A stretch of DNA of 64,000 nucleotides, from the NCBI GenBank assembly GCA_000708835.1, contig DF237422.1:9229-73228 (forward strand), in the 5' to 3' direction. A program made the position numbers and the translations under genes. Numbering within the stretch: position 1 is the first letter of the stretch; each line of letters begins with the position of its first letter. Below the pieces are notes generated by a model. That model saw nothing but the letters and a program-made list of their open reading frames with translations. It searched no databases and was not told the origin of the DNA. Positions 27,601 through 37,900 of this stretch are shown piece after piece. The stretch comes from Klebsormidium nitens (lineage: Eukaryota; Plantae; Klebsormidiophyceae).

Positions 27601-30234
27601 TAACCGGGTACCGGATACCAAGACTCCCCACAGAGCGGCTTGCATCAAGGGTCTGAATATTCTCTTCGCTTTAAAGTACACCCCCGAAACAACACCGTTC
27701 CTTTTGTGCATTGTAGTCATTGGCGAAGAGCCCAGCCCCCGAGAAAAACCTTTGCGAATCGCAACAAAGATGCGAAAGTCTGGCGACCAATCAGCTGTTG
27801 CCAGGTGTCTGGTCTCTGTCCCTCTCTAAATCCCTAAAGGGACGGCGCTGGCCTTATGAATCTGCGCAGTCTACTCTTTGGCTATAAGTTGGTGACAAGC
27901 TGTCCCGCGTTGTCCGGGGTTTCACGTGAATTCACGAGAGAAAAGGAATGACCAACCCCAAGTCCAAATGCCAAACACGAACTGCCACGTGTCTGGATCG
28001 CGGCCTCGATTCTCTATCCAAGCAAACAGTTCCGCCCTTGTTATTCCTGGCAGTGTTCTGTTTGACCAACAACCCGGCCGCCGAGCAAAAGATGTGCCGC
28101 GAGATCCGCGAGTTTTACGAGAAGCTCGAGAAGGAAGGAGTGGCGGATAGCGAGTTCCGCCCGACGTACGACGAACTCGCCCAGTTTCCGTACGTCGAGC
28201 AGGTAAATGATTGGTCTTTCCCAACTTTCTTTGAATGCCTCGTTCAGGCAAGCTTCTGCGAGAGCTCTTTTTCGGAGCCGTCTTCAGCCTTGACGCTTTC
28301 CCAAAGGACGTGGTCATATTCGTAGCGATTCTCAGTCACGTATACACCACAAAGCCTGCGCGTGTCGCTTGAGAGCCGCGTCGGGGGAAGCCCACTTTTA
28401 ACGTCAGAGATACTGGCAAATCAAGTGTGACTGAAGCGGCGTATGACTTAAGATTCATGTACCCCGACCAAACAAACTAAAAACCCTAACCTGAACAATC
28501 ACGCGCGCGGCACCCCAAGCCACCCTAACCACCAGACTAACCCCACCCGTCCCCCGGGTGCCTTTCTTAAGTCACGCGGCTTTTGAGTCACACTTACGTT
28601 ACCAGAGTTCCTCAGAGTTGTGAGTTGACCTACTCCAACTTTATCCATACAGGTTGTCCAGGAGACGTTACGGCTCTTCCCCACGGGAGCCGTCATTTCG
28701 CGGCAGGCCTCCCAGGATTGCCACGTGGCGGGCATCCACCTACCCAAGGGCGTCAATGTACGGTCACCCTTGGACCTCCCTTACTGTTTCTTTGTGCTTT
28801 CCTCCCTTTCTTCTCCTCATCGGTCCACTCGTCCCGAGCGTTGCTGAAAAGTGCGACATGAAAGGAACACGGAATCCATTCCCGCGCACCTCGTAGCCTT
28901 CCAGAACAGAATGTACACTTGTACGTACTGGTTGAGAACTGAGTGTGGGCAGAAAAGTACATACAAAAACTATGCAGCTGGGGACTTCTGTTTGTCGGTG
29001 GTCGCACTTTTCGAGAGACGTACTGACCCTGCGTTGCCCGATGCAATTGCTTATCATGTATTACCGGCCAACGATCTTGTCTCGGGACAAGAGCCGAGTC
29101 AATTTCCGGTTCTGTCCACGGGTTCCGGACAGCGGCTTGTAGTCCTCACGTGCCGGAATCGATCTGTTACAAAGCGTCGACGACTATGACAGGAGATCCA
29201 ACTCTTTGGAGCATTGAATCGGGTCCGCAGTCGTGCCTGGCTCAGAATTCTGGTCCGGTTAAATTGCTGGTTCCGTTTCGCAGGTCTTGATTCCGGTCTA
29301 CGCCATGCACCACAACCCGGAAGTTTGTCCCGACCCAGACGCGTTCCGCCCGGAGCGCTTCGATCCGGCGGAAGTCGCAGGAAGGCACCCGTACGCCTTC
29401 ATCCCGTTCGGGTGAGCGCTGCGTCATATGCTCTTGGCCGTCAAGACTGGAAAAGGGATCCTTTGTGAGAACCCTTGAGCGCTTCCTCGCTCTGTTATTC
29501 TCCTGGTTAGTGCCATTCTGGCTAGCTGATCTTGGGTACTCTTGCTGCGTGTCAGTTCCTATTCTAACTACTGAGGATCTTTCTTGGTCGCAAAAGATTA
29601 AAGGAAGGGCTTTCCCTTGTTTGGAAAGGGCTGTGATCCAAGATGGCGAATTTTGCGGAGGTCTTGCATGCACCCGTGCAAGTGGTTATCCTTCTTGACC
29701 TAGTAACTCATCCGCTGTTCGCATAGCGTAAGTTTCTTTTCTCAGTACTCTTCTCCTTCATTCAACCCCAAAGTGTGCTTATTATCGCAATGAACGCGCA
29801 ACGCTTTACAAGCACAATCTCCTTCCCACTCCAAATGTCATGCCCTTTTTCCGGGGCGTCTATCTGAGAATCGTTTTCCCCTTTCAGCTTTGCTCCGAGT
29901 TGCGCTTCAGCGACCGCTATGGAAGAAGCAAAGCTGGCAGCCATCCTGCTTTCTTCTCGCCTAGCCCTTTTGCATGACCCCCTCGCTCCAAAGCTCCATC
30001 AGAGTTTAAACGCTTTCGTTCATCGCTTATAGGCTCGGTCCACGAATGTGCATTGGGCACCGCTTCGCGATGGAGGAAGCAAAGCTCGCGCTCATTCGGC
30101 TTTACAAGAGACTCACCTTTACGGTAATTAACGAGAAAATCTTGCGGCCCGACGGAAAGTTAGATCTTCAAGTAGGGATTGTGCTGAAACCAAGGAACGG
30201 CATGTGGGTTGTGCCGCAAGTACAGAGTAAGTGA
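21646..30234 (+). CDS. Cytochrome P450 paralogue B (CYP711-clan-like), 9 exons, apparently intact
   Basis: Same exon structure as paralogue A: ~21646-21954, ~23053-23144, ~24156-24378, ~25593-25820, 26672-26834 ([13 protein letters not shown]), ~28054-28202, ~28653-28758 (ETLR), ~29284-29411 (PERF), ~30033-30234 (LGPRMCIG). Confidence 0.93.
23355..24065 (+). repeat. Exon-echo array of P450-B exon 3 acceptor and 5' end, ~5 copies
   Basis: Variants of ...acag|GGGCC(A/G)xTACTGGACGGGCGTGCGCAA...GTGCTCCCCCTT near 23362, 23535, 23695, 23845 and 23985 precede the real exon at ~24156. The period is ~150 bp. Confidence 0.85.
28411..28609 (+). mobile_element. MITE-like family 1, copy 4 (P450-B intron 6)
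   Basis: Shared core at 28470-28560. Left arm tactggcaaatcaagtgtgactgaagcggcgtatgacttaaga is an imperfect inverse of right arm tcttaagtcacgcggcttttgagtcacacttacgttaccag. Confidence 0.7.
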
Positions 30235-31995
30235 AGCTGCCGCCCTCGGGTTGCGCCGTTATACTCTTTGAATCATAGTAGGGTGTATATTGAGGACATC
30301 TGCGGTCGTTCGAGAACCGGGTGCTATGCATGTATTGTACCAAGATAGATAGACCAGTTGCTCGAGATTTGTACCATCCTTTGAATCCAGATGGGACCAA
30401 TGGACTGGCAGACAGTCGGACGTATTTGTTCTTGAATTCTTCTTGAGAAGTGAAAGAGGCTGTGACATGGTCGGCCGCATCGGAATGATGCTTTCCGGGC
30501 CGATTGAGATATCTTGCTACAGCAGTATTTAGGCATGCGTGCAAAATTGTGAACATACGTACATGGCGCGGCCTTGCCGGCGGCCCCAGCCCCCAATTCC
30601 AAGAAGGGGTTGTCAGCACAATTGCCAGAAGTTGCGGATGGCAAATTGGCATATTTGGAGCATGCGTACCATTTACACCGGCACATCTACCGTAGCCAGA
30701 GGAAATCCCATTCCCGGCCCGGAAGAGCGACAAAGTCTAATGGTACATCCAACCAGTACGGTACTGATACCGTTTCAGCCATGTAATGCTGGTAGATAAA
30801 AGTCAGAGCTAGCTCCTGCATGTGGGGCTGCCGGCGCCGGCCTGTCATAGATATGTAGGATCGACTATACGGGGCCCAGGTTGTTGATAGCAATTATTAA
30901 AGCGCGGGCGGCAAAATCCATTATACACCGCGACAATTGCATGTCGAATGGTATGATGCAGGAATTGATACTGGACTCATGGTGCGCCACGTGGCAACAT
31001 AACCTAGGGTACCGTACGTCTCTCTGACCACATCTGACATATCACCAAGGGTAAGGTCATGTTGAAGCTGACCCCCTATGTTCAGTTCAGAGGGTGGGGG
31101 GTTGGGGGTTTGGAATAGTAAGGGCAGCGAAAGGGGGGGGGGGCTTGGCCGTTCGGGTCTCGAGGGGCTCTGGACTGAACATTTAGGGGGGTCACTACAA
31201 AATGACCTTACCCTAAGTCTCAATCCAGCTGGCGCCGCCGGGTCGCATAGAAGATACGGCGGCCACTGATGTGTGCCAGCCACATCTGTATGATCCCGGC
31301 TAGATCGATCATTGTATATAGCACCCGCCAACCACTGCATGCAGGCCATGCAGAGAAACACTAGCTGCAATGTCGAACTGTGGAACTCTTCCGGCCTGCC
31401 AAAATCATTGGATGACACTGACAGAAACGTATGTCAGGATCGGACTCATCGCATGCCAATACTATTCCATTCCAATTCCATTTCAGTGACTCATTGATAA
31501 TGATTGACTTAAAGTAGTAACTTAACAACTCATCTCACGAGCCACAGTCTTCCCGGCATGAAACGCATGCAAGCCCCTGATTGAGACGAGAAGGATCACA
31601 TGCAACTCTATGTTTGCAACCATCGCCACGGCGGTCAAAAGTGGGAGCCGGAGCCCAGCTATGGCAAGATGCAGAGCCGCAGCACTTTCAAGTTTCTAAG
31701 CCCTATGATTAGCAACGCATAGTTTCTGCAAAGGCAGCGCATATCAGATTCCTACTTTTGAGTCGAGAGTTGCTCGAACAGTCGTACACCTCTTCCAAAA
31801 TCAGCAACCGAACAAATGACGTGATTAGTCTCTTCGGATTAGCGAATTTGACGTTGACCAGAGCGGCCAGCTGGATGTCGGGCCCTTCCGGTCCATCTTG
31901 CTATCAACAGCTTATTGCTACAGAATCTAAACATCAACTCTAGGATGTATTAACAACAAATGGCGAAAGCGCGTGCATTGGTCGGGACGATCCGG

Positions 31996-34900
31996 TTAGT
32001 AGCAGTGCTCACTGTACACCTTGTCTACATTCTGGCCCCACTCGTTGTGGTACTTGTCGAGGAGCTTGTCGGCAGGGCACATGCCTGCATACGGCAAAGG
32101 TGGCCACATAAAGCGATGCTCAGGAGATTGAACTCTCAGGTGGAGCAAAGCAAGCGCAGTAAACAGAAGACTTTTGAGCTGACGCCGTGCAGCCAGGCGA
32201 CTATCGGTACAGCGAGCGAAACAAGGGGAACAAAGTCTTCTGTGCAATATTCCGAGGCCGACAACAACTCGGGCCGCCATTAGGCAGGACAGCAGGACTG
32301 CGGTTGTATTGACTCCCATGTTTACGACGCCGTTCGAACTTCAAACTCTGCCGTGACTCCAGAAACATGGGTTACTTTGAGCAGAAAAAGGGATATGATG
32401 CAGGCGACCCGCCGATGACACGTGTACCCAGGCTGTTCGCTTTTGCAGAAGAAGGAGAACGCCGACCAAAGGAGAAAGCTGTACACGGATGTTCAGAAGT
32501 GATAGATACCAACGAAGCGTCACCTTACCTGTGCGCGCAATGTCTTCCAGCATCTCAACGTACTTCTCTTCCTTCAGACCCCGCCTCTCAAGGCCCTCCT
32601 GCGAGGAGCGAGGCTATAGTCAGTTACTTGTGTTGTTAAGACTGTCGTTTTCCAAAACGGCCTTCTGTTACGGTATACTTCCAAGGAAGTGACGGAAGCT
32701 TAAATCTGCACCACTTGACTACCACCGGAAGAACAAGTACAAAAATGAGAAAAACACAGAAAAGACTGGCTTCACAATAGCAAGCGACTGGTTCCTGCGC
32801 AACTGGCTGGGCAATCGCTCCTCGGAACGGCGTCAGACGGCGTCCATTCCGCTGCACTCCAAAACAAGCTGAAACCTTCGAGACGGAACGAGAAACTGAA
32901 TTTGCAAGTGACAGAAATGAGACAAGAAATTCGATTTTTTTAAGGCAACCTGCGATATTATGCGCAATCCTTTTGACCGGTCGTGTCTCGAATCGGCGTT
33001 GAATAACGTTCCGATCCGCTGCACTTCAAGTCAAACTGAAGCTCTGAGAATGAAATCGAGAACTGAATGTGCATGGGCGGAATGTAAGAAGGGCGGATCG
33101 GCTTACTTTAGCGAGCTGCACGACTTGATTTGAAAACCTCAAAACTTAGCCGGGACAAGATTTTGCAAGGACGAAACGAGACAAGGGCGGATTCGGCTTA
33201 CTTTGGCGAAGTGCACGACTTTTTGGGCAACCTTTGGACTGTCCGGTCGTTTCTTCAAGGGGCGTAAAAAAGTCGTTCCATTCTGCTGCCCTTTAAGACA
33301 GACAGAAACCTCCAAGACGAAACCAAACAAATAGAAATCACCAAAGACAAACCCACGACGAGGAGAGACTGTCTTACTTTGGCGAGCTGCACGACCTTTT
33401 GCGCAACGTCTTGAACGGTCGTGCCTCGAAACACCGTCTTCAACCCGGTCCTTGGCACGTTGTTGCGCAGCGCATCGCGCTCCTCTGCGGTCCAATCCTT
33501 GATGAGCTGGAGCGCGGCCTGGAGCGACTTGTCATCATAGAGGAGACCAACCTGGTGCCGCAGAGGAAAAGGTTTAGGAAGGAGCAACTTAGCAGCTAAG
33601 AAAAGGGCGCTCCTCTGCGGTCCACGCTGCAGTAAGCTGGAGCGTGGCCTTGATGGACTTGTCGTCGTAGAGGAGACCAACCTGGTGCCGAAGAGGAAAG
33701 AGTTTCAGGAGGGAACAACTTAGCGGCTGATAAAGCGTTCCTCTCCGGTCCAAGCTGCAATAAGCTGGAGCGTGGCCTTGATGGACTTGTCGTCGTAGAC
33801 GCGACCAACCTGATGCCGAAGAGGACAACGTTTCAAGAGGGAGCGACTTAGCGGCTGATAAAGCGTTCCTCTGCGGTCCAAATTGCGATGAGCTGGAGCG
33901 CGGCCTGGAGGCACTTGACTTCGCAGGAGAAACCGACCTGGTGCCAAGAAGGAGAAGGCGTGAATTGATGGCATCCATTTTCTGTTTGGCATAAGCAGCT
34001 GAGGTGTGATTTTGAACGCCTTTATGCACCCAACAAAAGGGCGCTCCTCTGCGGTTTACGTAGCTATGAGCTGGAGCGCGGCCTGGAGCGATGCCAAACG
34101 TGGCATCGTAGAGGAGATCAAGCTGTTTCGGAAGAAGGAAACATTTGGGATGGTGGCTGTCACATTCACCAGCTACCAAAAGGGGCAGTCCTTTGCGGTG
34201 CAGTCGGGAACAAGCTGTACCGCGGACTGGAGAGACTTGTCGGCATAGGGAATTCCACTCTGATGCCAAAAATATAACGGGAGGCTTAAACAACCAGATG
34301 CCCGGGAGGAGTGGCAAAGCTTGCGAAGGCCCTGAATTGCTATTGTTTTGCGGTGCGTTCTCCTCATCGAGCTCGGTAACAGACTAGAGCGACTTGCTGT
34401 CGTGAAAATGACCTAGTGCCGAGGAGAAGTCAAGAAATAGTTCGAAGCGCAACATGCCAGATACGACAACAGTGGCTGACAGGAGAAGAAACTTCAGAAC
34501 GAATGGCGTTTTCACGTGCCCGCCGACAAAGACAATCAAGTCGAGGGGAGGGGTATTGATCACGACGACAAAGTCCAAACGTGTGAAGATCAAACACCAG
34601 TTTAGAAGACTCTGAAGAAGTCGGCTATGAACAGCAATCGTCATCAACCGACTCCCGATTGTGTTGGGGGAAGGAACTACTGCACCAAGACGAATGCCTG
34701 TAGCCGGAAATGGCGTATCAAGTTTGCAGGACTACGGCTGCAGGCGAATAATCGCTTGGATGAATGAAGGACGGAGAAAGCACGGGTCTTTCGATGTGCT
34801 CACCCAGAGAGCGGACTGCGCAGTGATGTGCTCGGGCGGGCCGTTGTCCGAGCCCCGCATCTCGACGATGTTCTTTAGCCGCACCTGCGTTGACAAACAA

Positions 34901-37900
34901 AAGGGATGAGCCGAATTTTCAAAGCTAGAACGGGGTCAGGAATCTCGCTCATGAAGACGCCATGAAAGTGTCTCTTACTTCAAACCCTGATTCTGGCGAA
35001 CCCAGTTCCTTAGAGCTCCAATCTGTCGCAGCTCACCAGAAACACTTCCCTACGTAAAGATGTACAAAATGGAAGAGGAGCGGTTCAGGACGCGCCTGTC
35101 GTGATCTTAACGATCCTATAAAATCTGCACAGACTGCCAGATGTATTCTAATGACGTGCGTTGCAATATCGTGTCCTGTCTTTGTCGATTGCCTTCTGAT
35201 GGATCCATTCGCTCTGACAAAGTACACAAGACAACGATCGTCATCGAAGATGCTATCATCTGAGTGACTAGCCTCACCTCCGACAGTATGCTGTTGAGCT
35301 GGTTCAACCAGTCCGCCATAGTTGGGTACTTTCCAGGGAGGGGCTCGAGCTTGCCAGCCATGAAGTCCTGGAAACAATGCACCGTGGTTGAGGGTTGGAG
35401 GAGAAAGCAAATGGGTACAATATCTGAGCTGCTACCGTCGTTTTGCAATTGACACCGGCTAAAAGTTTTGCACTTGACATCGGCTGAACGAACTGTACTT
35501 ACGACTCCTCCTTCTGTTCCGTTGAGCGGACAGGAGTGTGGATCTTCCACTGTTTACCAAGTAATTGAGATCGTTAGCAAGGATACTGCGCGTCTCAGCG
35601 CAGTGCCATCGAACCCTCGAGCTAGATCCCACAGCCCGCTGCCTGTTGGGTGAGCACCGAATGCAAAAAACCCTCAAACTCTACGAATGCACAGAACCCT
35701 CCATGAAAAGATGCAGCACAAAGCGTCAGTTTCTGAGCCTTGACACATTGAAACTTACCTTGAAATCCAGTCCCAGGGCCTTGACGTACTCCTTCCCATT
35801 CTGGACGTAGTACATGGGCACGTCGAGCGCCCAGTCTACAAATTTCTCAAACCTGTAACGAACAAGGTTGCCGCATTAGGGCATCAACTTACAAACATGG
35901 CCACAATTGTCGTAACGTTGATTGTTATTGCGGAGTTCGTCCGAGCTGATACCGTTTCTTATTCTACCATCGTAATTCTAAGACAGTCAGTCTGGCCCAA
36001 TGGCAATTTGGGCGATCGCATGGTGTATGTGGGCAGGGGGCGGTTTCCTTCGTTAGTAAAAAGCGAAGCTACACAGCGTGTCCGCAACTTAGTCCGTCGC
36101 GGCGCTCATCTTTTCCAACCAATGCATGGATTCAAGCCAATCAATCGTAGACGGCCTAGCTTTGCGAATCCCAGGGATAGCCCCCCGTTCGCAATGGAAA
36201 AACATGCCGCTATCACCACTGGAAAATTTTCGAATGAAACCGAAGCGAAGTATTGTAAAGGCAAACGTTCTCAAAACGCACCCAAAGTCGTCGTCGAACA
36301 CGAACGGCAGCATTCCGGTGCGGTCCGGGTCGGTGTCGGTCCACGTGATGCTGCGGTAGCTCACGAACCCGCTGGGCTTCCCTTCGTAAAACGGCGAGTT
36401 GGCGAAAAGCGCTGTGGCAATCTGGGGGCAGAAAACTCGAGAATTCAAAAACCCCGCTACCCGAACCACGCTTCTTTGTTTTGGCCGCAAGCCTGGTGGC
36501 TCGGAAAAACTACCACCCGCCGCCGCGACAGTCAATCTGCATTCTCCACCTTGCCGACTACGCTGTCAGCGAGACTTTGATCAACCGCAGCCTCCATCGC
36601 TAAGTAGGTCCAACAGGAATGGTGTACCAAGAGAATAACAAGTTACGTTCGCGTTCAAAGAAACTCACCGGTTGCAGCGCCAGACCGACGCGCATCTTGT
36701 TCACCATGTCCTGCTCCGACTCATAATCGAGGTTCACCTGCACAAAAACGACGATAAAATCATTCTGAAGTTGCGGGATCTCATAGGTGTTTCTATCCGC
36801 AACGCAGCCGTTTATCCAGGACCCAGCTGTCTTCTGACGGGTGCCGAGACATTCAGATGCCGCGCACAACACACCACCTTTTTGCTGTCAGACCAAAGTT
36901 GACAACGAGCCCTGGTTCGTACCTGGACCGTGCACGTGCGATACATGACGTCATGTCCGTGCTCCCCCTTCTGTGAGATGAGGTCACTGGCCAGGATGTG
37001 CCGCTCCTTGGGAATAGTCGGAGATGACGTCCACTTCGGATCGAAGCCTAGGGTCAAGAAACCTGCGCCGAGCTCCTTGCAGACTGCCTTAACCTGGAAA
37101 TGAACCCGGATATGATGTTGATCTGAATGACCCGAGTTGAAACCGAGTTTGAAGACCGAAACTCATTTTGGGCCAAAGCCAAGGGTCAAAAAACCTGCGG
37201 CGAGCTTCTTGCAGACTGCCTTTACCTGGATATGAAGCTGGATATGAAGCCGAATATGACGCCACTTCAGATGGGCTGAAAGAAACAGAGTAAAAACATC
37301 TCCAGATTGACTTGAGCGGACCCGAATATTTTTAGACTAACCCGAGGTTTCTAGCTAATCCCCTAAGCTCTTCCACCCGAAAACCTAAACGTTTATCCTG
37401 CAACATAATCACGATCACGGTGGAGTAGATAAGCCGGCTTCAACTTCAACTAATACAGGTTTGGTGAGGCAGGTTGCCCGGCTCTTCACGAATCGCTTCG
37501 ACCTGAAAAGTTCTGTAATCGAGTACATTGACTCCTAGCCATTGACGCAAGGTTTCGAACCACTGGCGGAGTGCTCCCCCGCTGTATCACATTCTATACT
37601 GTTCTCATGAGCACCCCAGAAGGGCGGCGTCGAACGAGCTGCTGAAATCCCACGTTTGCCGAGGGGGCATCTGAAAATCAAGCAATGCATATTACACCCA
37701 CATACTGGAACGCTCCCAACCTGGAACGACACTGCTGACAACACGTCCAGATGGGAGTGTCCGCCTGTCACCTTCGTTCCAGATTGTTGACTGATCTTCA
37801 ATGAAAACATTCGACATTCTTTCTGCATCTTGTGGAGCCTGCTGGAAAGTGATCAATGCTCGCGATTGGCCCCCGAAGCCCTGACAGTCCCGACTTCTCA

